DNA of 64,000 nt from the NCBI RefSeq assembly GCF_006345805.1, contig NC_043007.1:43772001-43836000 (forward strand). Direction: 5' to 3'. Positions 1 through 11,428 of this stretch are shown one piece after another (the first letter of the stretch is position 1; each line of letters starts with the position of its first letter). This DNA comes from Octopus sinensis. Taxonomy: Eukaryota. The notes under the pieces are model-generated. The model worked only from the letters and a program-made list of their open reading frames with translations, made no database searches and had not been told where the DNA came from. Made by a program: the position numbers and the translations under genes.

Positions 1-384
1 ATGTATATTAGAGATTCATTTATAGAGTTAGGTGAAATTAATGAACAATCATTGTCAATGCCAAATAGAAATGGAGAAGATGTGTTAATTTTCTAACATT
101 TTGTGTTGTGAAAGTACTTCGAATATATAGGATATGTTATATATATTTTTTGATTTCTGGAATAATTATTTTCAATATTCCGTTGCTAATTCTACTCAGA
201 TCGATTGGGAACAACAGTCAGGATTGTGTCAAAATTTACTTTATGGTCCTTCAAATAAAAACTTGACTATTTAAGAATAAAATGTTTGTGAGTGTGTGTG
301 CGTATGTGTTTATCGGTGTGTGTAGTCATGTGTCTGCGCGTATATATATCTATATATATAAGTAGAAAATATTAATAATAATAT

Positions 385-1095
385 ATAATAATAATAATAA
401 TAATAATGAAATTATTGTATACAGTGCTCAGGTGCACCACGATCTGTCAAAAAGTGCGTATAAAGTATATGCAGTAATGTACAAATGTCTGGAAAGTGAA
501 CAGTGTATGAATCAGATACATGCTTGCGTGTGTATGGAGGGGAGGAAATCAGGTGTAGTATTGGCGAATCTCAGGAAGCATGAAAGTTTTGAAGGATGCA
601 GTGCTCCGACAACTAACAATTGATGCCGGCAGTTTGTTCCATACTTCAGCAACTCTTAGCGTGAAAAAATGTTTCCGAAAGTCATGGGAGCTGTGCTGTT
701 TTCTGACTTTGTAAACAAGTCCGCAGGTGTTAGACAGGTGGAGTTTGAAAAGGTGCTCAGAGTTATTGTTTGTAAGATGGTTAATAATTTTATGGGTGTC
801 TGCCAAGTCAGCTGCCAGACGTCGGAGTTTCAATGTATCCATGCCCAGGGAAATAAGGCGTTCAGAATATGGCAAATGCCTAATGGAGGGTATTATCTTG
901 GCTGCACGTCGCTGAACGGCTTCCAGACGATTAATATCCTGGGCAAGATAGGGGTTGCAAATTCCAGGTGAGGTCGCACCATAGCTATATAAAGCCGCAG
1001 ATAGATAGGCGGAGAACGGTTCACAAAGGACTTGGTGAGTAATGCCAAAGTAATTATTGACACTACGAATGCATTTCAAGTGGTTACGTAACAAA
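385..1095 (-). mobile_element. 5'-truncated CR1-clade LINE, 3' end of ORF2 with (ATT)n tail
   Basis: ORF 549-1094(-) has the CR1 C-terminal signature NPYLAQDINRLEAVQRRAAKII...YSERL..LGMDTLKLRRLAADL...RKHFFTLRVAEVWNKLP. An alternate frame gives LYIAMVRPHLEFA, implying one frameshift. (AAT)n on + at about 385-407 is the minus-strand tail. Confidence 0.9.
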
Positions 1096-1339
1096 TTGTT
1101 GCGTAAATATCACTGACACCATCCCATTGCAATCGAAATACATAGGTGGAGTCAAGTCTGCCTTATTTAAAAGAAGCATACGTTCAGGAAAAGATCATAC
1201 AAAGTCAAAGAAATTAAGAGAGAAAGAAAAAAAGAGAAAAAGATAAGAGACAAATGCTGGACAAATATTTAAGAATAAAGTAAAAATAAGAAACAGATAA
1301 ATAAAGGAATAAGTGGATGAATTGGCAATAAACGTTAGC

Positions 1340-1755
1340 TGTAGAAAGAGGGCGAGGAAAGACAGTGAATAGGGCAGGTGCGGAAATGATACTGTGTTGT
1401 CTTTGACGAGAAACTCACGAGTGAAGAGAGTTCGGTGAAGAATACAATTCTTCGCACCCCACAGATCCAGTCGCCTTCAAACCGTCCTACTAGAACTCTC
1501 GATTGACCTCGGCCCTTTTTTTTTTGGAGGCGGGGGAATTCTCGATACTCAATACCGCGTTTCCGGGGGTAACGCTAATGGCAGTTCTTCCAGATCGTTC
1601 ATCGTCTTCCGCTTTTGAGACGCCCGTACCACACAAAACATTGCGTACGATCCATTGCCTAGTCACAGTAAGCTTGCCGAAGCATGCACAATGCCTCTGG
1701 AGCAGGCTTTCCGAGTTTAACGCAAAATTTCACATTGGCTGTTTGTTCCTTCCCA
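1340..1755 (-). mobile_element. Internally deleted mariner transposase fragment
   Basis: Manual minus-strand translation: [54 protein letters not shown] (mariner N-terminal HTH), joined to VNREF.. and KNCILH..REFLVKDNTVSFPHLPYS (degenerate PHPPYSPDL). No TIRs seen. Confidence 0.75.
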
Positions 1756-1859
1756 TGACAAAATCGCAGACAACAGCATACACGTGATCACAGCTTGCGA
1801 AGTAAACACAGCACATTGCCTCATGAAGGTCATTGCTATCTCTCACTGCGCACACAGAC

Positions 1860-1952
1860 ACATATATATATAAGTATATATATGTAAATATACATATATA
1901 TACATACACACATATATTTAAATATATAAGTATATATACATATATAAGTATG

Positions 1953-2004
<52 letters not shown>

Positions 2005-2030
2005 TGCGCACATATCCATGCATATATATG
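1860..2030. repeat. Compound (TA)n-rich microsatellite
   Basis: Direct reading; source of the spurious YIYIYI ORFs. Confidence 0.95.
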
Positions 2031-2448
2031 TACATAAACACACACCTACATGACAGGAGTATTTGATATAAAATTCACAAACTTGTTTTTTTTCTGTCTT
2101 CTAAAATATGATTTTCTGAGATTTTATTTTACATTTAGGCTTTACTGCACTGAAAAATATACTTTCTAATCAAAATAATTATAAAGACATACTTACGTAA
2201 TCGTACAATTGATCTTGGAATAACACTCCTTGTTTTGGATAAGGTAAGTAATCCTAGTGGTAGCTTTAACAGCAATATAAAAGGGTCCGAATTAAAAGTC
2301 CAAATGATTTGTTCAAGGCTCTTCAAACTCTACCTGAAATAAAATAAATGATTAATTATTTATTTATTTAAAATAATGAATCAACAAATACTGGTTTCAA
2401 GTTTTGGCAGAAGGCCAACAATTTCGGAAGTGGGGAATAAGTCGATTG

Positions 2449-2640
<192 letters not shown>

Positions 2641-2885
2641 TGAGCTTACATTCAAAACTAGATGTATGCATCGGAATGACTTTTGAGTAATTTTTTAAAA
2701 CAACAATTTGATTATATTTGATTTTGAAGACTAAGATTCGCTTATTGTCTATATGGCATCTGTCTCAGTTTGACTGATAAATATTTCACGTGCGTGAAGC
2801 CAGCAGCTTGCAGACTGTGTTTTAATGGCTATTAGAAAATCGATCAAATGTGCACTTTTACCGATTTTGAAAATAGGCTCCACAC

Positions 2886-2888
<3 letters not shown>

Positions 2889-2957
<69 letters not shown>
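2889..2957. repeat. (TA)n microsatellite abutting a mariner TIR
   Basis: Pure TA run ending at the left TIR of the mariner at 2958. Confidence 0.95.
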
Positions 2958-2960
<3 letters not shown>

Positions 2961-4219
2961 ATTGGCAAATAAGTAATTTCGTGTTTCATAAAGAGTAGAT
3001 TTACGATTTATAGAACGACTTTTGTCAATGTTATGATTTTTTTCTTTTGGTGTTTGATGGTACTTACTTTTAGCTTACTTTGGAAGCAAATTGCGCGTAA
3101 TTTTGTTTATAACTGTTAGTTCAGTGACAATTTTAACCTGTAGTGCAAAATCGACCGTTTTCGCCATATTGCTTAATTTTTTTATTTCAACAAAGGCAAG
3201 AAAGGTGCTGAGACTCAAAAAGAGATATGTGAAGTTTATGGTATTGATTGCTTGACAGGACGCACATGTCAGATATGGTTTTAAAAATTCCGTTCTGGAG
3301 ATTTTTCACTCAAAGCTGACCAACGTTTTGGTTGACCCACTAAAGTTGATGATGACAGAATCAAAGCCATAATTGAATCTGATTGTCAAATAACTGTGCG
3401 AGAGATTGGAGAGAGGTTAAATTTATTACACACAACAATTGAAAATAGTTTAAAATGTCTTGGACTCGTTAAGAAGCCCGAATTTGGGTTCCACATAAAT
3501 TGGAAGAGATTCACATAACGCAACGAATCGATATTTGTGATACGCATCTCAAACGCTATGAAATTGACCATTTAAAAAAAAATAAATCATCACTGGTGAT
3601 GAAAAATGCATTGTCTACAATAACATCAATCGAAAATGATCGTGGCCAAGCGTAACGAACCAGCACAAACCACATCGAAAGCTGAATTGCATAAAAAAGG
3701 TCATGCTGTCAATTTGGTGGGATTACAAAGGTGTTGTGTATTTTGAGCTGCTTCCAATGAACCAAACAATCAATTCAGATGTTTACTGTCAACAACAAAT
3801 GAAACTGGAGGAAGCAATAAAAAAAAACAGAATTAGCAAATCGTAAAGGAATCGTGTTCCACCATGACGACGTTAGACCACACACGTCTTTGCTAACTCG
3901 TAAAAAATTATTAGAGCTTTGTTAGGAAGTGATGTCACATCCACCATATAGCTCTAACCTTGCACCATCAGATTACAATTTATTTCGAAGTTTGCAAAAT
4001 TCTTTGAATGGTAAAACTTCCAATAATGATGACGACCTGAAATTGTACTTGTTTCAGTTGTTGGTTGATATATGAACGCGGAATCATGAAGTTGCCAGAA
4101 AGATGGCAAAAGGTCATCGAACAAAATGGAAAATATATAATTGATTAAAGTTATTTCTTTGTATGAAAAAATGACTTATTTCACACTAAAAAACCAAAAT
4201 TACTTTCTTGCCAAGCCAA
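2958..4219 (+). mobile_element. Full-length decayed mariner element (DD34D), about 1.26 kb
   Basis: TIRs TGGATTGGCAAATAAGTAATTT and the reverse complement of the right end TTGGCTTGGCAAGAAAGTAATTT, flanked by TA. Transposase motifs IITGDEKCIVYNN, HHDDVRPH and HPPYSSNLAPSDYNLF, with several stops and frameshifts. Confidence 0.95.
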
Positions 4220-4782
4220 TATACGTATTCCAACGCTGACTGGATGTTAGTACGAGCATGTTTATGCAACCATATTACATTAATGAAAAGACTGGAAATT
4301 TTTTCGATTCCATGAATTTTAATGCCTGAAGGATAACAGAACTTTCAACATATTTTTGAATTTTTCGCAACATTTTTTTTTGTTTTTTATCAAAAGATTG
4401 TATTTTCTAAATTCTGTCTAAAGTCAGCAAATTTCTAATATATGAAGTCACAATAACAGGACTAACAAATATATAGATTGGTTTTATATTTATACCGCTT
4501 ACCTGTTCCAAATATCAATGTTTAAAAATCAATTAATTCCATGCTCCGTGTCTTGATCCGCTTATTGGGAGAATTTTGGACAAAGTTAGTTATATTCTGT
4601 AATAATTTTTTCTGATCGACGCATTTGAAGAGCCGGGAGAAAGCCAGCTCTTCACAGCTTGGCATATTACTATTGACAGATTTTATTAAATATATATAGA
4701 TGAAATTTTTAGAAAAACAAAAGACGAAGACAGGTTTATGAACAACAAGCATGTGACGCTCGGGAAAATGAAAACAGAAAAA

Positions 4783-4822
4783 GTATTTTACGTTTCGAGC
4801 CTGCGCTCTTCAACAGAAAGGA
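4783..4822 (-). ncRNA. Minimal type I hammerhead-like motif (Penelope type), one core mismatch
   Basis: Minus strand: UUU CUGUUGA A GAGC-gcag-GCUC GAAAC GUA AAA. Perfect 4-bp stem II, palindromic ACGU stem III, 3-bp stem I; core position A6 reads U. Confidence 0.4.
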
Positions 4823-4825
4823 ATA

Positions 4826-4863
<38 letters not shown>

Positions 4864-4912
4864 GCAATAATAAATCTCTGAGCGAGATGTAAACAGTAGT
4901 AGCACGACATTG

Positions 4913-5295
4913 TGAAGTATATTTGCCACCTAAATGGGGCTGACCCCTATGGAACGATGCTACTGTAGTTTATAGCCCCAGGAAGACGTCTCCTCCAGCT
5001 GGCCAACGACACACTGTCTGTGCCCTATCAGTATTTGCGAAAGGAAATCGTCGTTCCTATCACTAGCCTGACATGATACAAACGGACCCTAGCCGGTGAT
5101 TGTCACACGCTGATGACGGGTTACTATTCAGAAACCCGGGTCTGGAGATGGAAACGATTATTTCCCTTCGCAAATACTGATCGGTCACAGACGGTTTGTC
5201 ATTAGCCAAATGGAGGAAATATCTTCCTAGAGTTATAAAATACAGTAGCATCGTCCCATATAGGTTAGCCACATTTAGGTGGCAAATATACTTCA
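4913..5295. mobile_element. MITE/foldback element with about 146-bp TIRs
   Basis: 4913-5058 is the reverse complement of 5151-5295 (roughly 83% identity by eye), starting TGAAGTATATTTGCCACCTAAATG. Spacer about 92 bp, no coding capacity. Confidence 0.75.
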
Positions 5296-5297
5296 TA

Positions 5298-5334
<37 letters not shown>

Positions 5335-6390
5335 CACACGCGCACTTATATTCAGTAATCCCTCGACTACCGTGCGTGTTACGTTCCAAAACCAACAGCG
5401 GTAGATGAAAATCCGCGAAGGAGAAACAGTACTGTATGTATATTTATTATTTTTTTTTTACGATTTGTATATATTTATTGTATCATAAATGCAAAACACC
5501 AACGCAAAGGAATCGACGTAAGCTTAAATTTAAATAATAAACCGTGATAGGTGAAACGCGATATGATGAGGGATTACTGTGTGTATATATATATATAGCT
5601 TTACTATTATGTCAACTCTGTCATCGTTCTTTAATTCTATCCACTTACATTAATTATTAGTTGCTATTTCTACGATGAAATAAAAAATACAGAAAATATC
5701 ATCCGTGTTGACTAATGATTAATTACCGATAGATTTAGCAAAATAAGTTTCTTTTTCTGTTTTAACATATAACAACCATTTACTTTTGACTTCTTTATTA
5801 AAATGTTTTTCTCAATGAAGAGTTTAGAGGCCTAAATTAAGTAAAACATGATCAGTAACTACAGGAATGCTATTTCGATTCTCATCAGAATCGATTATGC
5901 ATTGTAATCCTTAACTCATGACATAATCCACTGGACGCAACCCACTAGGGAATAAGTGAAAGAATAGTCAGTAACTGAGGATCTAACCTAGCTTTTAGAC
6001 TTAATTCATCGGTCAATTTCAACTCAATGTACGGTGTCCAGAACAGTTTTTAAACTAGGAGCCTCCAAGTGGTCGGTTGACTTGCTAGCGAAAGCAACCA
6101 AATCTCCCTGAAATCATACCCCTCTGTCTAACCAAAGAGAAAAAGGAAATTGTAGAACGTTGGGTAATGTTGTTTGGAATTGTCTGAATTATAAAAGATA
6201 GCATGACCACAGGTAGAACACTTTTTTGATTATAGGTATTTTCGATCAATGCTAAAGTGGGATTAAATAACAATAACAACTAAGCCATAAGAAATTAATA
6301 AAATCATATGGTCAAACATTTGAGTTCATAAAAGATGAAAATAAAATTTTTTTTTTCATGACGTCGAATATATGGCAATCGTTTATTTCT

Positions 6391-6802
6391 TATTTCTTTA
6401 TTGCCCACAAGGGGATAAACATAGAGGGGACAAACAAGGACAGACAAACGGATTAAGTCGATTACATCAACCCCAATGCGTAACTGGTACTTATTTAATC
6501 GACCCCGAAAGGATGAAAGGCAAAGTCGACCTCGATGGAATTTGAACTCAGAACGTAGCGGCAGATGAAATACATATTTCTTTACTACCCACAAGGGGCT
6601 AAACACAGAGAGGACAAACAAGGATAGACAAACTGATTAAGTCGATTATATCGACCCCAGTGCGTAACTGGTACTTATTTAATCGACCCCGAAAGGATGA
6701 AAGGCAAAGTCGACCTCGGCGGAATTTGAACTCAGGACGTAGCGGAAGACGAAACACCGCTAAGCATTTCGCCCGGTGTGCTAACGTTTCTGCCAGCTCC
6801 CT
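6391..6802 (-). mobile_element. Dimeric tRNA-derived SINE (family A): full copy plus 5'-truncated copy
   Basis: Two head-to-tail units (6574-6802 and 6391-6573) with B-box-like GAGTTCAAATTCC on the minus strand. One 16-bp direct repeat GCAATCGTTTATTTCT flanks the pair (6375-6390 and 6803-6818). Confidence 0.9.
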
Positions 6803-6949
6803 GCAATCGTTTATTTCTGAGCGTCTGAGAAAGACAGTAATATATATTTAGGAGCCTATGTAGTTTTGAGTAAACATAGACGCCCTTAATGTTTGATCTT
6901 GCAGAATATCGAGGATGTGACAGCCGGAAGAAGATAGAGCTGCTTCAGC

Positions 6950-7270
6950 AATCGCATGGTCCGCATTACAGTTGAGTAGATTGATGAGATGTAAAATGAA
7001 ATACTTACTCAAGGACGCGACACGCCGCCCAGTCCAAGAATTAAACCCATAAATTTATGATCGTGTGGTGGATTCCTCCAACCACTGGGCAATATGTCTT
7101 CGCAGAGACGCAACAACAAAGTTTTTCACAAATCACATACGGCTGTCTTGCCTTAATTAAAGGAGACATTGGAGGATGTAGTTTTATACACCTCTTAAAA
7201 AGAAAGGATGGTCATGACTGGATTTCCTTTAATCATATTAATAAATATATTTGGTCAGGACTGACATGAG
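6950..7270. mobile_element. Degenerate SINE fragments
   Basis: 6960-7065 resembles the reverse complement of the family C head seen at 31992 and 45319. The rest resembles a recurrent SINE tail (cf. 6080-6130, 49920-49970). Confidence 0.45.
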
Positions 7271-7274
7271 GGTT

Positions 7275-7456
7275 ATACACCACCACCGGCGCCGCCACCA
7301 ACACCACTATCTCCAACCACTACCATCACTATTACCACTACCCCAACCACCATCATCACTACCGCCACTACCACCGCGACAACAACAACCACAACCAGCA
7401 CCAACACTAGTACTAACACCACCACCACCACCACCACCACCACCACCATCACCACC

Positions 7457-7490
<34 letters not shown>

Positions 7491-7525
7491 TCATCATCGT
7501 CATCATCATCGTCATCATCATAATG
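7275..7525. repeat. Compound (CAC)n/(CAT)n trinucleotide repeat
   Basis: Direct reading; gives poly-P, poly-S and poly-H ORFs with no splice or domain context. Confidence 0.9.
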
Positions 7526-7922
7526 AACAGCAACAAAAAAATAAAGAACGTTACATCGAACAGTATTCTTTTACCATGCATCTTAATGTGTAATAATACG
7601 GAACGGTCACGATTACAAAGCGCTCGTTCGTGAATGCTTGACAAGTGAGGAGCTGTGGTTAGATAAAAAAAAATCGAAAAAGAAAACAATAATAACAACC
7701 ATAGCTTTTTGTTATCGGAAAAAAATGTTTTTGGACCGTTAGAAAAAGAAGAAATGCAATAAAACGCGTTTTCAATAGTTTCCTGTCAGCTTTTCACCAT
7801 TCAGTACCAATGTTGCTGTTTTGTATCAGTTGTCACTCACATGTTCAGATTTTAATTCGAAAGAAACTAGTGTTAAATCTACAACTATATATGATACATC
7901 AGTAATATTCTCATACTGTGAG

Positions 7923-8751
7923 ATACTAGTCATATTATGACGTCATAGAATGATACTGCAGTTTAACTGTCATAATATGACCTATTATGTCATAATACTA
8001 TATCCAGTAACAATGCTGTTTCATACTGTTTCATATATATTGTTGTTTCATACTTGTTTCATATATATCATAAGTTGGGATTGCACACGGGCATTTTTTT
8101 TTTTACACAAGCATATCTTTTGCGATAATATTGCATGAATCAGAAAGATGTGCGTTGAAGCTGGGTTCGGTAGCATTCGAACCCTTGAAACGTAAAAGGA
8201 AGTAAAGTATTTTGCCCAAGACGGCATCCATTTTTTCTAATCCAACACAGTTTATGTAAATTGTTAATTATTGAAAGAAACCATGTATTTTGATGTCATA
8301 TAGTGACGTGTGTTCTAGTATAGTATAATTACTGTATGACGTGTATAAATACTATCACGAGTGTATCATATTGTGTCATTCTATGATACAGTATGTAAGA
8401 TAGTATAATACTGTATCATACTATACCGAGTGTTATAGTATGACAACATGACTACCCTATCATATTATGACGTTAGTTTTACAACTAAACAATAACATTC
8501 AATAATAGTGCTTTAGTATGATATAACATAACGTCATAATATGACTAGCATATCGTAGCGTGACATAATATGACTAGTGTATCATTACATGACACAATAC
8601 AAATATTGCACTTTTTTATGACATCATAATATGATAAGTGTCTCGCAGTATGAAACAACATTGTTACTGGATATAGTATTATGATATAATAGGTCATATT
8701 ATGACAATTAAACTACAGTATCATTCTATGGCGTCATAATATGACTAGTAT
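7923..8751. repeat. 106-bp inverted repeat pair within a degenerate minisatellite (foldback-like)
   Basis: 7923-8028 versus reverse complement of 8646-8751: 5 mismatches, all transitions. The spacer 8290-8645 contains degenerate TCATATTATGAC-type units. Confidence 0.8.
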
Positions 8752-10421
8752 GTCATAGAATTACACAATATGACGACTATGTCATTGCATGACTTCCTAA
8801 TAAATCACTGTATACTAAGACACAATTCAAAGCTCGCATCGAAAATTCAAACCGCCCGCTGATAAAATCTTTCAAACCTGATATGAACTATTTAAGCATT
8901 AAAACCAAAACAGCAATTTGATATAATCTGCATATTTATGAATCTATAGTATTAAATATAATAATTAAATAAAAAAATTCCTTATTTTTCTCGATATAGT
9001 AGAGTTCCCTCAGATTGTTAGGCATTTACAATTCATGTATTCAAATAAGGCTGCCTACTTCTATTTTAAAAGAATACATTTATCAGGATTTATATAAAAT
9101 AAAAAGAAAAGGAAAGAAAAACCACTGAGATAAGCTACTTTACAAACGACGAATGCTCGTAGATAACAATACCTCACTGAAACTCCATCCGATGGTCTAC
9201 CTACATCAATTATAATTTCTCATACATTCGTAATTCTTCGTGCCTTTTCGAACATCTGTGCTTAAAACCTTTTAGATAACCTAGCAGAAACTATTTTTCC
9301 CTCGAGGAAAGCAAAAATTTATCAGTACATAAACGTTTGCAAATACTCTTTTGCTGTGGTCTTTTTTTAAACACAAATGACCTTCACCAGAAATCGATAA
9401 ATAAAATCAATTTTTACCAACTGACCCGAGATAATCGAGAGGAATTACTTCTGCCTAAAAATATGTATCGCTTGAGGGATGATGTTATATTCTGTCGAGT
9501 ATGAAATATTTTCGAGAATAAAACCAAATCAAGCAATAGAAGATTTTATGAAGGAAATAAAAATCTTCCTACGCAAGTTTCAGAATTTTGTCCAACCAGC
9601 TCTAACACGATGACGTGTTTCCTATTGAGAAGAGACTATTATGATATATATAAAAAAAAAAGCATAGATCCACTGATATTTTGTATAATGTTACAGAATC
9701 AGTTTGCAACCAATCTTTTGGTATTGGATCGTTGTAAAGTTTCAGTCGTCATTAAGTCTGTCTCGTTAATGTTCGGTAGATGCAACTTCCGCCCGTCTCT
9801 TCAAATATCACTATTTCGACGGAGTATGTAAACATTATTTTGTAACAAACTTCTATGGTTTTCTTTAGTAATAATGTACTTTTCTGACTCTCACTCTCTG
9901 TCTCTATGTCTCTCTCTCCCCCTCTTTCTGTCTGTATGTCTATTTCTCTCTCTTTTCTCTCTCTCTCAATCTCCCTCTCTCTCTGTACCTCTCTCTCTGT
10001 ACCTCTCTTTCTCTACTCAACATTAAATAATTTTCTCAGAGGTATCAAACATACGAACTTATTTTTTTCTTAGTGTTAGATAATAGTATAAAATGCAACT
10101 GAACTCATACTAAAAGCAAAATAACTGATAGGAGTAAAATTTAGAGTGGTATTCAAAAGGCAGAATAAAACAATGGGACTTGATTAGGGCTGAACAGAGA
10201 TTTAACAACGGCAGCAATTGAGTTTTGGGATTGATACAAGATCACCACACTCAAATATCTTTTATAAACTCAGGAACAAAGTAAAGTCAACATCAACCGG
10301 GATTTGGTGTCAAGTCCTCATACATTCAAAGCAGAATTAGTAGCAGTTATGCTTAAGGTATTGAGACCCGGCCTAGTCCAAATACCCAGTCTTCAGAGAC
10401 AATGGTGATAATAATAATAAT

Positions 10422-10640
10422 CCTTTCTACTAAAGGCACAAGGCCTGAAATTTGGGGGAAAGGGGGACTAGTCGATTACATCGACCCCAGTGCTCATCTG
10501 GTACTTATTTCATCGACCCCCGGAAGGATGAAAGGCAAAATCGACCTCGACGGAATTTGCACTCAGAACATAGCGTCGGGCGAAATACAGCAAAGCATTT
10601 TCGTCCAACGTGCCAATATTTCTGCTATCTCGCCGCCTTA
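10422..10640 (-). mobile_element. SINE family A (variant 3' end)
   Basis: Matches the family A body. 17-bp TSD GTGATAATAATAATAAT at 10405-10421 and 10641-10657. Confidence 0.85.
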
Positions 10641-10643
10641 GTG

Positions 10644-10708
<65 letters not shown>
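10641..10708. repeat. (AAT)n microsatellite
   Basis: Direct reading; continuous with the right TSD copy. Confidence 0.95.
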
Positions 10709-10709
<1 letters not shown>

Positions 10710-10867
10710 GCTCAATATCACAAAGTTTTAGAGGAAGATTCTACATGATTTAGCTATATATATATTTCTGGTTATTTTTTTCGACTCTTCCTCGCAGATG
10801 AATGAACATAAGACCGAACCTGACAGAATTCGAACTTACATATTTACAAATATTACAGTTCAGTATA

Positions 10868-10990
10868 CGAGGAGTGTATGAAAAGTCTTGAGCCTCAAAA
10901 AAACAAAATATAGTTCAAGATTCCTGATAAAGGTACAAGACTTCAGGGCTCAAAGGCCTTGAAGGCGCAAAACTTTTTATACACCCCTCG
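10868..10990. mobile_element. 123-bp mariner-derived MITE
   Basis: TA|CGAGGAGTGTATGAAAAGT ... ACTTTTTATACACCCCTCG|TA: 19-bp TIRs with 2 mismatches and TA on both sides. Confidence 0.8.
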
Positions 10991-11351
10991 TACAAGCCAG
11001 CGATGTTTCTTGACATTATCACTTCATCTTCCAGAAATAGTAGCCAAATCTTTCTGAAATCACGTTCTAACAACTAAAAACAAAATAACTGATAGGAATA
11101 AAATTTAGAGTGGTATTCAAAAGGCAGAATAAAACAATAGGACTTGATTAGGGCTGAACAGGAGTTTAATAAAAGCAATAAGTTTTTGGGTCACCACATT
11201 CAAATATTTTATCAACTCAGGAACAAGGTTGGGTCACCATCAGCCGGTATTTGATCTCAAGAACGTAACGAAACTAAATAACGAAAAGTGTTTGTCCAGC
11301 TTCCACTAACTTCTGTGTCTCATCGTTTGTTTGTCTAAGATTTATTTAGTT

Positions 11352-11428
11352 ATTTGGTCGGCTCAGAGCTATAGTGGAAGACACTTGCTCAAGACGCCAC
11401 ACAGACTGAACCCGGAAGCTTGTGACGG
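11352..11428 (-). mobile_element. SINE family B fragment
   Basis: Matches the CTATAGTAGAAGACACTTG segment of family B. Confidence 0.55.

Larger units (their letters stand above)
10109..11260 (+). repeat. Dispersed direct repeat pair (about 10109-10315 and 11073-11260)
   Basis: First 89 nt differ at 3 positions; the remainder is about 70% identical with indels and ends in old SINE-A-like sequence. No TG..CA ends. Confidence 0.8.

Noticed and set aside
7251-7523. Pro/Ser/His-rich ORF
   Set aside because: Encoded entirely by (CAC)n/(CAT)n repeats; no domain or splice support.
10109-11260. Direct repeats as LTRs of a small LTR element
   Set aside because: No TG..CA termini, PBS, PPT or TSD; the interior is SINE and MITE sequence.
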